Translations under genes and position numbers: made by a program
From: Bernardetia sp. ABR2-2B
Lineage (GTDB): Bacteria > Bacteroidota > Bacteroidia > Cytophagales > Bernardetiaceae
DNA: 64,000 nt
Reading direction: 5' to 3'
Assembly (NCBI RefSeq): GCF_037126435.1
Contig: NZ_CP147020.1
Coordinates: forward strand, 1,651,293-1,715,292
The notes under the pieces: model-generated
Told to the model about the DNA's origin: nothing
Database searches by the model: none
Seen by the model: the letters and a program-made list of their open reading frames with translations, nothing else
In this document: piece by piece, positions 51,301 through 60,874 of the stretch
Numbering within the stretch: the stretch's first letter is position 1
Layout of the letters: each line of letters opens with the position of its first letter

Positions 51301-51488
51301 CAAACTATATTATGGTTTCTAACTCTGCAAAGTTTGATGATGGAGCATACTGGCAAGAATATAATGATAAAATAGACTGGGTACTGACAGGTGGAGAAGG
51401 ATATAAAAGAGTATATGCCAAATTCAAAGATACTAGTGAAAACGAAACAGGAATTATCTTTGCCGAAATTACGGTAGAAGGTTTTTAA
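48378..51488 (+). CDS. secreted protein built from 11 tandem ~90-aa repeat domains of unassigned family
   Basis: Signal peptide MHNIKNLLFVFFIFSGLLVSHSSYGQ. Each unit follows INxGAxYTNxxxVxLxLxAxGAxEMxxSN...FxxAxWxxY...WxLxxGDGxKxVYVKFRDxAGNxS...IILDxxPP. DNA-level identity between units is low. Confidence 0.6.
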   Translation: MHNIKNLLFVFFIFSGLLVSHSSYGQLLQGIVTVNNGASISNDPEGRVILKIFAKGASEMRVSNNASFIGARWESFEGQKNWRLDAREDGIKTVYVQFRDGSGSMVSDPTVAQLELDRSPPTEPSIIVNSGAEYTNARDRKVYLQLYCREAYEMQISNRSDFQDAPRWYPYKETIQGWPLTGGEGKKYVYARYRDYAGNISESAIDTIIVDQTPPKGKFEINDGAKFTTSRDVKLQFNAEGASDISIQSLGTWIPYEKEIDFQLPAEQGPQVVAVKFRDKMGNQSKPAFARIILDLEPPSMPRILVNGGNRYTKSHNVNIRLSAIGASEMMVSNDPNLRGADWKPYRYLLPSWTFDVADGEKIVYVKFRDEAGNETEIKSDKIILDQGQPTGGTIKIVSKEGNEGTTNNKEGLVNLELSVDNNDARYMMISNTENFFEGRWEIYRNKVEDWKLAVGDGEKAVYVKYRDRAGNVSKPVSDRVVLDLTPPIDTRIAVEKNSKYVQSTSVAVNLFARGASEVMLGKSEQFTDGKWQEYAEEIKGWELEGADGKKTVYAKFKDAAGNVTSPISTEIILDRVAPQDPQIRINKGDSVTNNPNKVVLLQAKADGAVMMQIGMNSAFDGSRWINYQAGKNVPFALPGDDGLKEIFARFRDEAGNISEVVSQKVLLDRTPPIVGEVKINEGDNGTNIQTVGLTLNAQGATHMMLSNRIDFPEAKWESYNTSRQFTLVGEDGIKFVFVRYRDGVGNISEIAYDRIGLDRTAPTGGEITINKNAKYTTNINKYVTLQLRAKGAAEMRIGKSQSMDSASWQPFRPIVMNHILAGEDGENKVWVQFGDKSGNQTEPISASIILDRQAPFGEEIIINGSEPYTNKHQVKLNIMAEEASHMMITNMRGFPPPARWEEFQTDKKWTLSGADGYKTVYIKFRDEAGNQSFVASSQILLDTQPPQPGIIRIEGGQTRVKDNQVTLLFNARQANYIMVSNSAKFDDGAYWQEYNDKIDWVLTGGEGYKRVYAKFKDTSENETGIIFAEITVEGF

Positions 51489-51512
51489 AAGTTTTTTACT
51501 TTAATAAATTAC

Positions 51513-51548
51513 AAAGCATTGTCTTAACTAAAAGGCAATGCTTTTTTT
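51513..51548 (+). terminator. rho-independent terminator after the repeat-protein gene
   Basis: aaagcattg-(13-nt loop)-caatgcttttttt. Confidence 0.6.
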
Positions 51549-51626
51549 ATTTTTTAAATAAACAGAAAATAATTTTGTATCTTAAATTATACAACAACAA
51601 ACTACTGAATTTTAAGTATATGAATT

Positions 51627-52532
51627 ATGAAAACATTTTTTAGATTTTCAACCCGTTTATTTATAGTTTTACTTTTCTATAATTTATTTTTTGTTACTGC
51701 ATTTGGTCAAAATAAAAACCAAAATGAGCCAGTTGGACAAATTGGAAAAGTAGATTTAGCTGGTGTTGCTCTACTTTCCGTACCTAAAGGATTTGTCTTT
51801 ATAGAAGGAAATGCTGTAAAATCTCCTTATCGCATAGCCTGTGATAGCATCGAATATTTAGGCTGTTTAGTAGCTATTCCAAATGAAAATACTCTTGACT
51901 CAGTTGCTAAACCTCCTTTCATAATTGAATTAGTTTATATAGAAACAGGTTACATTCCTGACACCACCATTTTCAAAACACCTGAAGATTTTTTTTGGAA
52001 TGACATTCTTCATACTAATTATAGAAAGAATAAGAATATCAAAAAAAATGGTTGTGATACATTAACCATTCAATCTTGGGCAATGAAGCCCTATTTTTTG
52101 GAAAATGAGCATCAGTTACAGTGGGCTGTCTCTTGCTCTTCTGATAAGAAAAAATATATTCGTCATAGCACCCACAAATTGGGTAGGTATGGTGTCTTGG
52201 AAATGAATATTAGCACTTCACCTAGTCATCTTTTAGAAGTTAATTCTCAAATCCCTCTACTTACTTCTAGTATTGATTTTTATAAAGGATTCAGACACGA
52301 AGACTTTGACCCCAATTTCGATAATTTAGCTGCTTTTGGTTTTGCAGGTATTTTGGCGGGTAAAGTTTTGACAAAAGTAAAAGTTGTCCCTTTTGTTTTC
52401 AAGTGGTTAAAATGGGTAATTATTGCGTTACTGGGAGCTTTTACATTCTTTAAAAGAAAATTAATAAAAAGAGATTTGGAAAAAGGTTTAGAAATAAACT
52501 ATCTTGATGCAGAATTGGAAAGAGAAGAATAA
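51627..52532 (+). CDS. membrane-anchored hypothetical protein (N-terminal signal and a C-terminal TM helix)
   Basis: Signal-like N-terminus and C-terminal hydrophobic helix WLKWVIIALLGAFTFF. Confidence 0.4.
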   Translation: MKTFFRFSTRLFIVLLFYNLFFVTAFGQNKNQNEPVGQIGKVDLAGVALLSVPKGFVFIEGNAVKSPYRIACDSIEYLGCLVAIPNENTLDSVAKPPFIIELVYIETGYIPDTTIFKTPEDFFWNDILHTNYRKNKNIKKNGCDTLTIQSWAMKPYFLENEHQLQWAVSCSSDKKKYIRHSTHKLGRYGVLEMNISTSPSHLLEVNSQIPLLTSSIDFYKGFRHEDFDPNFDNLAAFGFAGILAGKVLTKVKVVPFVFKWLKWVIIALLGAFTFFKRKLIKRDLEKGLEINYLDAELEREE

Positions 52533-52544
52533 TTTTTTAGATTT

Positions 52545-53537
52545 TTGATTACAAAAACAAATTTAAAAGTGAAAAAAATTGGAGTTTTTACATCTGGAGG
52601 AGATTCTCCCGGAATGAATGCCTGTGTACGTGCTGTGGTAAGAGGTGCATTATATTATGGTGTAGAAGTCTATGGAATTTATAGAGGCTACCGTGGAATG
52701 ATAGAAAATGACATTCATCCAATGACTTCTAGAGATGTAAGTAATATCATTCAGCGTGGAGGTACAGTCTTAAAAACAGCTCGTAGCCAACGATTTTTGA
52801 TAAAAGAAGGACGAGAACAAGCTTATCAAAATCTAAAAAACTTAGAAATAGATGGACTTGTTGCCATTGGTGGAAACGGAACATTAAAGGGAATGCAAAT
52901 ATTTTCAGCAGAACACAAAATGCCATTTGTAGGCGCACCAGGAACTATCGATAACGACCTCAACGGAACAGATTATACTATCGGATTCGATACAGCCATC
53001 AATACAGCTTTAGAAGCCATCGATAAAATAAGAGATACGGCTGATTCGCTTGAACGAGGTTTTTTTATCGAAGTAATGGGAAGGCATTGTGGAGATATTG
53101 CCCTCTTGACAGGAATTGGAGGAGGTGCAGAAATTGTTATGCTTCCTGAAATCGTGGACTCTTTAGATGAAATTGTTGTGTCTATAAAAGATATGTTAGC
53201 CAATAAAAAACGGTCTTTAATCGTGGTGGTGGCAGAAGGAGATGAGCTTGGGAATGCCGAAGAATTAGGTGCAAAAGTAAGAGAACAAATACCAAAATTC
53301 AAATTTAGAGTTACTAATTTAGGACATATTCAGCGTGGAGGTTCACCCACAGCAGCTGATAGAGTTTTGGGTAGTCAGTTGGGTTTGGGAGCAGTAGAGG
53401 GACTTTTATCTGGAAAAACAAATGTTATGGTGGGGCAGCTAAAACGAAGAATGACTTATACTTCAATAGAAGAATGTATAAAACCTAGAGCTATTGATAA
53501 TGAGCTCGTTAGAATGCTTCGTATTTTGAGTACATAA
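52545..53537 (+). CDS. pfkA: ATP-dependent 6-phosphofructokinase
   Basis: GVFTSGGDSPGMNA, GGNGTLKG, and MGRHCGDIAL motifs. Confidence 0.9.
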   Translation: MITKTNLKVKKIGVFTSGGDSPGMNACVRAVVRGALYYGVEVYGIYRGYRGMIENDIHPMTSRDVSNIIQRGGTVLKTARSQRFLIKEGREQAYQNLKNLEIDGLVAIGGNGTLKGMQIFSAEHKMPFVGAPGTIDNDLNGTDYTIGFDTAINTALEAIDKIRDTADSLERGFFIEVMGRHCGDIALLTGIGGGAEIVMLPEIVDSLDEIVVSIKDMLANKKRSLIVVVAEGDELGNAEELGAKVREQIPKFKFRVTNLGHIQRGGSPTAADRVLGSQLGLGAVEGLLSGKTNVMVGQLKRRMTYTSIEECIKPRAIDNELVRMLRILST

Positions 53538-53550
53538 ACTCCATCAAAAC

Positions 53551-53590
53551 AAAAAACTCATTCTACATCAAATGTAAAATGAGTTTTGAT
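53551..53590. terminator. bidirectional terminator between pfkA and the convergent lipoprotein gene
   Basis: aaaactcatt-(15-nt loop)-aatgagtttt. Confidence 0.55.
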
Positions 53591-53611
53591 ATTTCTTCAC
53601 AAATAATATTT

Positions 53612-54388
53612 TTATTGAATTGTAATTGTATCTAATGTATTTACTTCTCCATCAATTACCACTACATCAGAAATTGTAACAGGAGCATATTCCACAGGAG
53701 GCTCAACTCTTACTTGGTATGTTCCAGCAGGAAGTCCTTTTACTAAGAAACAACCATCGTTTGTATAAGCAGTTGCCACAACTCCACCATTTTGAGAAAC
53801 TGTTACTAAAGACTGAATTGTTACGGCAGAGGTACAGCCTTTCAGAGAACCACCATCACTTTCAACGAAAGTACGAATAACAGGCTTTAGGTTGTAATTT
53901 CCAGAATTTCCTGCTTTTACGATAGAACGAGCAGCATCAAAATCTAAGACAATTACATACTTCAAATCAGCTTCTAAAGTTGTATTAATTTTTAGCTTCA
54001 AGCCAGATTGCTGTGCGCTGGGTGTTCTTAATGGAATCGTTTCTCCATCTTCTACGAGAGTATTATTTTCTCCCAAAATCAAACGAATTTGAGAAACTTT
54101 ACCAGCAGGTAGTTCTTCTGTTGCTAAAAGAGCATCGATTCCGTTAGTAAGTTCCAAAAGATTATAAATTCCTGTATTTGTAGGAAGTGTTGTCCAGCCT
54201 TGATCTTCGTCAGCAGCCGTTTCAGAGGTATGGATTCTGATTTCTTGTACATCAATATAGACAGCTTCATAGTCAGCAGGAGCATCTACAAGACGAACTT
54301 CTAATTTTGCTTGTCCACTTTCCTTTTCTTTATTACAAGAAAAAAGAGAAATAGAAAGTAATAAAATAAATAAATAATGAATTTTCAT
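53612..54388 (-). CDS. lipoprotein, DUF4382-like
   Basis: Lipoprotein signal at the internal MKIHYLFILLLSISLFSC. LEVRLVDAPADYEAVYIDVQEIRIH resembles the DUF4382 N-terminal pattern. Confidence 0.45.
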   Translation of the reverse strand: MKIHYLFILLLSISLFSCNKEKESGQAKLEVRLVDAPADYEAVYIDVQEIRIHTSETAADEDQGWTTLPTNTGIYNLLELTNGIDALLATEELPAGKVSQIRLILGENNTLVEDGETIPLRTPSAQQSGLKLKINTTLEADLKYVIVLDFDAARSIVKAGNSGNYNLKPVIRTFVESDGGSLKGCTSAVTIQSLVTVSQNGGVVATAYTNDGCFLVKGLPAGTYQVRVEPPVEYAPVTISDVVVIDGEVNTLDTITIQ

Positions 54389-54500
54389 AGTTTTTTCTCT
54401 AAAAAAATATTTTAAAAAATAAAAAATATAGTTTCTAAGTGTGAAACTATATTTATAGAACATAAATAATACTATGTTGTTTGACAAAAATCATTCTAAT

Positions 54501-55508
54501 TTAACTTTCAGTTGTATCTTCATCCACCTTATATTTAGATTCTATGCCTTGAATATGGTTTTCTAAATCTTCAAAATTTGAAAAGACTTGAATTTGAGAA
54601 AGTCTCTTATCATTTTCTGCTTCATCTTTATCTTCTGAACTATCCTCCACACTCTCTAAAGTCGTTTGTTTTTCATTTTCCAAATCAAAGCTTTGTAATT
54701 CTTCTTCTTGAAAAACCTCCCTTGTTTTAGTTGTTGTAGCTTCTATTTCTACAATTCTTTCTTCTTTTTTTATTTCATTCATTGGGTGTCTTGAAGGTTC
54801 TGTAAGCTCTTTCTCTTCCTCTATTTCATTTTTTTCTTGTGCTACATTTTCAGTCTGATTGTGTATATTTTCAATTTCAGCAGCATCTACATTAGCTTTA
54901 AGGTTTTCATATTCCTCCATCAATTCTTCTAATTCATCATCACTATAAACTGGACTTTCAGGGTGTGTATATTGTCTTAGCCAAACCTCTCCTTCTTCTA
55001 TTGTTTTGAAAACAGCACAATTTACAAGAGAAGTCAGTTTTTCTCCCATTCCATATTTCAAAGAAAAAACGGCAAAAATATCTTTATCTGAAACGACTGT
55101 AGCAAAATGTTGCAACCCTGCATCATGAACCATCTGCGACCATACTTCATTTGCCCAACGTGGAATATTTGGGTTTGTTCCCTTAAACTTTTGAGCATCT
55201 AAAAACAAACATTTTACTTTTGTATGACGAATCATAGCTACTTCTTTCAAAAGCACTTCACGAACTTTCTCCTCACTCACAAACTGTTTCCAAATTACAT
55301 CAATACGACGTTTTTCTGGAATCCATTTCATAGAAATATAATCTGTTTCGAAATGAGTAGGCGTATCTATAAAGCTTTTATGAAGATTTTGAGCTAAAGG
55401 TTGCTCTTCTGGTGGGCGTTTGGAAGGTGGAAAAACAGGCTTTAAACTAGAAGGTTTAGTAAAAGAACTTTCTGTATTTGATTGCTGTATATTATTATTG
55501 ATGTTCAT
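54501..55508 (-). CDS. hypothetical protein with a highly acidic C-terminal half
   Basis: ORF only. E/D-rich low-complexity C-terminus. Confidence 0.3.
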   Translation of the reverse strand: MNINNNIQQSNTESSFTKPSSLKPVFPPSKRPPEEQPLAQNLHKSFIDTPTHFETDYISMKWIPEKRRIDVIWKQFVSEEKVREVLLKEVAMIRHTKVKCLFLDAQKFKGTNPNIPRWANEVWSQMVHDAGLQHFATVVSDKDIFAVFSLKYGMGEKLTSLVNCAVFKTIEEGEVWLRQYTHPESPVYSDDELEELMEEYENLKANVDAAEIENIHNQTENVAQEKNEIEEEKELTEPSRHPMNEIKKEERIVEIEATTTKTREVFQEEELQSFDLENEKQTTLESVEDSSEDKDEAENDKRLSQIQVFSNFEDLENHIQGIESKYKVDEDTTES

Positions 55509-55754
55509 ATCCTTAGTGCTACAAAGTAAATAGAATAGAAAAATACAAGACAGACAGATTACGCCAAGTAAAAAATTACAAACTACGTTCAGTATCTCTG
55601 CAAGTAGCTTATAGCTTTGTCTTGAATATTTTTTTTATTGAATTATTTATAGAATAGGATTTGTTGTTTTGTCTCTTTACTAGTTCAAATAGTTAGCCAG
55701 TAGATTTTTTTTGATAGAGAAATAAGGGGTTTTTATCGAAATAAAACTGTATTT

Positions 55755-56171
55755 TTAAGCACCTAATTTTTCCCTAAGCGTCTCTACAAGCCCGTCCCAA
55801 AGCTCTTCCAAAACTTCATCATCATTCATTTCTGAATAATCTCTGATTACTAAATAAGTAGTATCAGTCAGTTCACTATAATTAAGTTTGAGTTCTAAGA
55901 AATTTACATCCTTCTTTTTTCCTCTATTTTTTGCTTTTCCTTCCTCTACATTCTCTACAAACTGGTAGCGAATCATAGAATTGTTTCTTTGTGAGACTAC
56001 CTTTGCAATATGGCTTTCATTATCCCAATGAATATTTAGAAATTTATCTTCCAAAACCTCTACTCTCTCAGCAAACCACTCTTCTAACCCTTGTGGTGTG
56101 GAAATAAAAGGATAAACCATCTTGACGGCAGCACGTATTTCGTACTCGGCATTATATTCGTATTTACTCAT
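55755..56171 (-). CDS. SRPBCC/AHSA1-like (START-fold) protein
   Basis: 138 aa. YPFISTPQGLEEWFAERVEV resembles activator-of-Hsp90-ATPase-like SRPBCC proteins. Confidence 0.4.
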   Translation of the reverse strand: MSKYEYNAEYEIRAAVKMVYPFISTPQGLEEWFAERVEVLEDKFLNIHWDNESHIAKVVSQRNNSMIRYQFVENVEEGKAKNRGKKKDVNFLELKLNYSELTDTTYLVIRDYSEMNDDEVLEELWDGLVETLREKLGA

Positions 56172-56294
56172 TTTTGATAAATTGTGTTGTTATTTTATTA
56201 TTTCAACCAAAGATATATTTTTTTTCCTTAGACCAAAAAACTAAGAGGCTGTTTGAGTTAGTAATATACCGTATTTTTTATTCGAAAAATATCT

Positions 56295-57107
56295 CTATTC
56301 TTTTTCAGCTTCTCTTTCTCTTTCAAAAATTTGTGCTAATTCAATAAAATCTTGTACAGAAAGTTGTTCGGCTCTTCTACTAAGCATTTGATTCAACGCT
56401 TCTTTTTCTTTAAAAGCATTTGGAATACCTAAAGGTTTTAAGGCACTTCGAAGCATTTTTCTTCGCTGATTGAACCCAAACTTAACTAACTGAAAAAACA
56501 ACTTTTCATTACAATCTAAAGTTTCTACTTCATTTCTCTTTAGACGAATAACAGCAGATTTTACTCTTGGAGGAGGATTAAACACCTTTTCACTTACTGT
56601 GAAGCAATACTCAATATCGTAGTAAGCCTGTAACAAAACACTCAAAATTCCATACGTTTTGTTTCCGTGTGGCGATGCAATACGCTCTGCCACTTCTTTT
56701 TGAATCATCCCAACCACTTCTGGAATTTGATTTTTATACTCTAAAACCTTAAAAAATATCTGAGAAGAAATATTATAGGGAAAGTTTCCAATAATCCCAA
56801 ATTTCCCTTCAAAAACAGTTTCTAAGTCCATTTTCAAAAAGTCTTCATTGAGAAGTGTTTGGTCTGTAAAACCTAGATTTTCCTTGAGATATTCTACCGA
56901 TTCGTCATCAATTTCTACAACAGTTAAATCATATTTTTTATCATTCAGAATAAACTTTGTCAGAACACCTGTACCTGCTCCAATTTCTAGTAGATTTGTA
57001 TAACTCTCATCTTGCATTTGATTGACAATCTTACGAGCAATATTTTCGTCTTTTAGAAAATGTTGTCCTAGGTGTTTTTTGGGTTTTACAGGAGATTTCT
57101 TCGCCAT
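56295..57107 (-). CDS. rsmA: 16S rRNA (adenine1518/1519-N6)-dimethyltransferase
   Basis: GQHFL, SAM motif LEIGAGTGVLT, and IGNFPYNISS. Confidence 0.85.
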   Translation of the reverse strand: MAKKSPVKPKKHLGQHFLKDENIARKIVNQMQDESYTNLLEIGAGTGVLTKFILNDKKYDLTVVEIDDESVEYLKENLGFTDQTLLNEDFLKMDLETVFEGKFGIIGNFPYNISSQIFFKVLEYKNQIPEVVGMIQKEVAERIASPHGNKTYGILSVLLQAYYDIEYCFTVSEKVFNPPPRVKSAVIRLKRNEVETLDCNEKLFFQLVKFGFNQRRKMLRSALKPLGIPNAFKEKEALNQMLSRRAEQLSVQDFIELAQIFEREREAEKE

Positions 57108-57298
57108 ATTATTTTATATATTTACTTCGTTTTTGATTTCATAGCAAAGATACTAACTAAACTTCTTTGAAAAAATTAACCCTGATAATAAACGTTATCA
57201 CTGTTATTTTTGTATGTCAGTCTTCTAGACTGACTAATGATAAATAAAGGCTATTTTTTTATGTTCAGACAAGATGTCTGAACTACCTGTAACAAACC

Positions 57299-58249
57299 AT
57301 GATAACCTTTAATGTTTATTTTACCTCTATATATCAAATGAAAATAATTTATTGTGATAGCATCATTGACCCAAAAGTTATAGATTCTGATTATGAAGCA
57401 GAACAAAAAGCTGCTCAAAATGCAGGTTTTGAAACCTATCTATTGAGTTTTGAAAAAATACTTGAAGAAAATATTCATTCTGCACTTCGTTTTATACCAC
57501 AAAAAGAAGAAAAAGAAATAGCTCTTTATCGTGGTTGGATGTTGAAACCAAAAAATTATGCCTTACTGTATAGTGGTCTTTTAGATAAAAATATTCAGTT
57601 GATTAATTCACCAAAAGAGTATGAACATTGTCATTATTTGCCTAATTCGTATTCCAAAATAAAAGAACATACACCTCTTTCTAATTGGTTAAAATTAAAT
57701 GATACAATTGATTTTGAACAAATTTATCAACTAACAAGTCAGTTTGGAGAGAGCCCAATTATTATAAAAGATTATGTAAAATCTGAAAAATATTACTGGG
57801 AAGAAGCCTGTTTTATTCCTAATGCAGCAGACAAAGAGAAAGTAAAAAGTAGCGTAGAAAAATTTATTGAGCTTAGAGGAAAAGAGTTGAATGAAGGTTT
57901 GGTTTTTCGTAAATTTGAAAAATTAGAATTTCTAAAAAAGCATTCTAAAAGTAGTTTACCTTTGACTAAAGAGCTAAGAATTTTCTTTTTGAATAAAAAA
58001 ATCTTGACTATTTTTAATTACTGGGAGGAAGGAGAGTATGGAGATACAAAACTAGAATTAGAAAAATTTATTCAAATTGCTCAACATATAAAAAGCATTT
58101 TTTTTACAATGGACATTGCTCAAAAGACAAATGGAGAATGGATAATTATAGAACTTGGAGACGGACAAGTTTCTGAATTGCCAGATAATGTTGATAAAAA
58201 TATTTTTTATACAAACTTGAGAGAAATTATTCAAAATAATAGACTTTAA
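57299..58249 (+). CDS. putative ATP-grasp-fold protein
   Basis: Weak resemblance in the C-terminal half (IIKDYVKSEKYYWEEACFIP ... EWIIIELGDGQVSELPDN). Confidence 0.3.
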   Translation: MITFNVYFTSIYQMKIIYCDSIIDPKVIDSDYEAEQKAAQNAGFETYLLSFEKILEENIHSALRFIPQKEEKEIALYRGWMLKPKNYALLYSGLLDKNIQLINSPKEYEHCHYLPNSYSKIKEHTPLSNWLKLNDTIDFEQIYQLTSQFGESPIIIKDYVKSEKYYWEEACFIPNAADKEKVKSSVEKFIELRGKELNEGLVFRKFEKLEFLKKHSKSSLPLTKELRIFFLNKKILTIFNYWEEGEYGDTKLELEKFIQIAQHIKSIFFTMDIAQKTNGEWIIIELGDGQVSELPDNVDKNIFYTNLREIIQNNRL

Positions 58250-58258
58250 AATCTCAAA

Positions 58259-58528
58259 ATGAAAAAAATTGATATGACAAAGCTCTTCAAACTCCTCACA
58301 ATCATTTTACCTTTTGCTATACTCGCAAATGTAGGATTGAAAATAGACGAATATAAAGACGTAATTCCACTTTTTACGATTATAATGGGAGGTTTTGGAA
58401 TGTTGATTGGTTTTGCAGCGCATCATTTTTCAGAATCTAAAAAGATGATTATAAAAATTGCTGCACTAATTGGAGTTTTGATTTTATCTATCGGAATAAG
58501 TGTATTTGCTTTTTTAGCTTTTGTTTAA
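58259..58528 (+). CDS. small membrane protein (3 TM)
   Basis: Hydrophobic 89-aa ORF that starts 10 nt after the upstream gene. Confidence 0.3.
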   Translation: MKKIDMTKLFKLLTIILPFAILANVGLKIDEYKDVIPLFTIIMGGFGMLIGFAAHHFSESKKMIIKIAALIGVLILSIGISVFAFLAFV

Positions 58529-58682
58529 CTTCTATTTAGTTTTACAAAAAACTATAAAATTCTTAAATACACGAAATAGTATGCACGCCTAATTTCTATT
58601 TTTGCGTTTTTTTTAGTAGTATTATAATCTTAATTAAAAATTACCACAACAGACTACGAAATCTGTTATACATTATAAAAAA

Positions 58683-59471
58683 ATGACAAACCAAACCCTA
58701 CAAACAAGTTTTGAAACCTTAGCTGTTTCAAGTAAAGATAATATTGTAACTCTACAATTAAATAGAGGAAAAGCAAATCCGATTAATCGCCAAATGATTA
58801 GTGATTTACATGCTTTTTTCGAACAAGCAACCAATGATGAGGACGTAAATGGCGTAATCCTCACAGGAAAAGACAAGTTCTTCTCTTCTGGCTTAGATTT
58901 GAAACAGCTTTATGCAATGAATGAAGAAGAAGTGAAAGAATTTTGGGTGGCATTTATGAAAATGACAAAAGTAATTGCTTCTTTCCCAAAACCACTTATT
59001 GCAGCTATTACAGGACATAGCCCTGCTGGTGGTTGTGTATTGGCAGTTTGTGCAGATTATCGTGTGATGGCAGAAGGAAATTATATTATCGGACTCAATG
59101 AAATTCCTGTTGGAATCGTTGTACCGAAAGTAATTTTTGACTTGTATGCGTTTTGGATTGGAAACAAAACAGCTTATCAATATCTTTTGGAAGGAAAGTT
59201 AATCAGCCCAAGTGATGCAAAAGAAGTTGGACTAGTTGATGAAGTAGTAGCTGCTGATAAAGTGTTGGCTCACGCAGAAGAAAAAATGGAAGACTACGCC
59301 AATTTTGATGGTAAAACATGGTCGTTGAGCAAAACGAATCTTCGTGGAGGAATGCTAGAAGGAATGAACATGGATAATTTGGACGAAATACTAGAGCCAA
59401 TGCTCAAACAATGGTGGTCGCCAAGAACAAGAAGTATTCTGAAAATGATTGTAGCTTCTTTAACTAAATAA
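58683..59471 (+). CDS. enoyl-CoA hydratase/isomerase (crotonase) family protein
   Basis: Crotonase oxyanion-hole region AAITGHSPAGGCVLAVCADYRVM. Confidence 0.8.
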   Translation: MTNQTLQTSFETLAVSSKDNIVTLQLNRGKANPINRQMISDLHAFFEQATNDEDVNGVILTGKDKFFSSGLDLKQLYAMNEEEVKEFWVAFMKMTKVIASFPKPLIAAITGHSPAGGCVLAVCADYRVMAEGNYIIGLNEIPVGIVVPKVIFDLYAFWIGNKTAYQYLLEGKLISPSDAKEVGLVDEVVAADKVLAHAEEKMEDYANFDGKTWSLSKTNLRGGMLEGMNMDNLDEILEPMLKQWWSPRTRSILKMIVASLTK

Positions 59472-59544
59472 ATTTATGTAATTCTACCTCGTTGATGCTC
59501 AAATGAAGCCGTCAACGACGGTTTATATCAAAAAAACATATATC

Positions 59545-59772
59545 ATGTGGCAAGAAAAAGACAATAAACTAACAAAAACATTCGAATTCAAGGACTTTAA
59601 AGAAGCCTTTTCTTTCATGACTCATGTCGCTTTTTTAGCAGAAGAGCATCAGCATCATCCAAACTGGAGCAATGTCTATAATAAAGTAGAATTTGAACTC
59701 ACTACACACGACGAAGGAAATACTATTACAGAAAAAGATAGAAAATTAGCAGAGGCTATTGATAAAATTTAA
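59545..59772 (+). CDS. phhB: pterin-4-alpha-carbinolamine dehydratase
   Basis: EEHQHHPNW...V...L.THD signature. The start is taken at the internal MWQEK. Confidence 0.8.
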   Translation: MWQEKDNKLTKTFEFKDFKEAFSFMTHVAFLAEEHQHHPNWSNVYNKVEFELTTHDEGNTITEKDRKLAEAIDKI

Positions 59773-59820
59773 TCTTTCTTATCCCATTATCTATTAAAAA
59801 AAATCATTTTTGTAGAATAA

Positions 59821-59858
59821 AAAAAGACCTATCATTTTTTTAATGATAAGTCTTTTTG
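59821..59858. terminator. bidirectional terminator
   Basis: aaagacctatcatt-ttttt-aatgataagtcttttt (one mismatch). Confidence 0.55.
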
Positions 59859-59907
59859 ATTGGAAAAAATTTTATTTACTAGAAATAAAAATTAAGTCTT
59901 CCGTTTT

Positions 59908-60723
59908 TTATACGCTACGACTTTCTTCGCCAACAAGTTCTTCTACTTCTACTTTCGTCTCACGGACTGTATCCTTAATTGTCTCTTCTCGCTCTTCAAC
60001 TGTTTTTCCAAGTTTTACCTCTTCTATAACACGAGCATCTTTAGAAACAACTGCTTTTTCGGCATGTTCGGTTACTTCTACCTTTCCTTCTTGGAAAGCA
60101 GCAAAATCAGCTTCTGTAGCTGGACGATTAATTGGACTGCGCTCTACATAAACATGTTCGGAACGTAAACGTACGTTTTTCTCTACTGGTTTTTCCACCA
60201 TATAGCTACGTAGTCTTGCTCCACGACCTGTCTCTGTAGTACGTTTACCAACGTGCATTTTTTCTTCAATTACTTTAGCAGATTGTTCTTCTTCTACTTC
60301 TCTATAATCTTGATTTCTATCTTTGTTATACATTTCTAAAGAATAATCTTCGTTATTAGCAATTGCTTTTTGATATCTTTCATAATCACTTTCTATATCG
60401 ATAGCACCCGAATTATTCAAAATGTTTAAAGCTACTTGAGCTTCCTTTTTCGAATCTGCATGTACTGTCAGAAGTGAGTTACGGATAGCTACATCACAAT
60501 ACATTTTTTTACGCTTCTCGTCTTCATCATCTGCAAAGAGATTTTCAAAAAAACGAGTGATTGTATTTTCATTATGATTTTCGTCTTGATAAGTATAATC
60601 TTTACCTGCTGGACGTGCTGACAAATCAATACTGTCGGCTTCAATACCATTTTTTGTTAATTGATTGACTGCATATTGTGCTTCTTCTCCTGTTCTGAAA
60701 ATTCCGATTACTGTGTTACTCAT
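59908..60723 (-). CDS. YsnF/AvaK-domain (DUF2382) general stress protein
   Basis: EEKMHVGKRTTETGRGARLRSYMVEKPVEKNVRLRSEHVYVER matches the YsnF/AvaK repeat pattern. Confidence 0.5.
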   Translation of the reverse strand: MSNTVIGIFRTGEEAQYAVNQLTKNGIEADSIDLSARPAGKDYTYQDENHNENTITRFFENLFADDEDEKRKKMYCDVAIRNSLLTVHADSKKEAQVALNILNNSGAIDIESDYERYQKAIANNEDYSLEMYNKDRNQDYREVEEEQSAKVIEEKMHVGKRTTETGRGARLRSYMVEKPVEKNVRLRSEHVYVERSPINRPATEADFAAFQEGKVEVTEHAEKAVVSKDARVIEEVKLGKTVEEREETIKDTVRETKVEVEELVGEESRSV

Positions 60724-60874
60724 AATATAAGTATGTTAAAAATTAAGTTGAAAAAATAAATTATTGGCAGAGTTTTAAGAACCAAATAACTCAATAAGCT
60801 ATTCATTTCTTTACTCTATTCTATTAAAAATTTTGATTGATAATGATTTATTGTTGTTCCTGATTAGTAGGCAG

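Noticed and set aside
58673-59400. Antisense ORFs (58673-58876, 58893-59180, 59203-59400) opposite the crotonase gene
   Set aside because: The crotonase ORF has clear family motifs. The antisense frames lack any.
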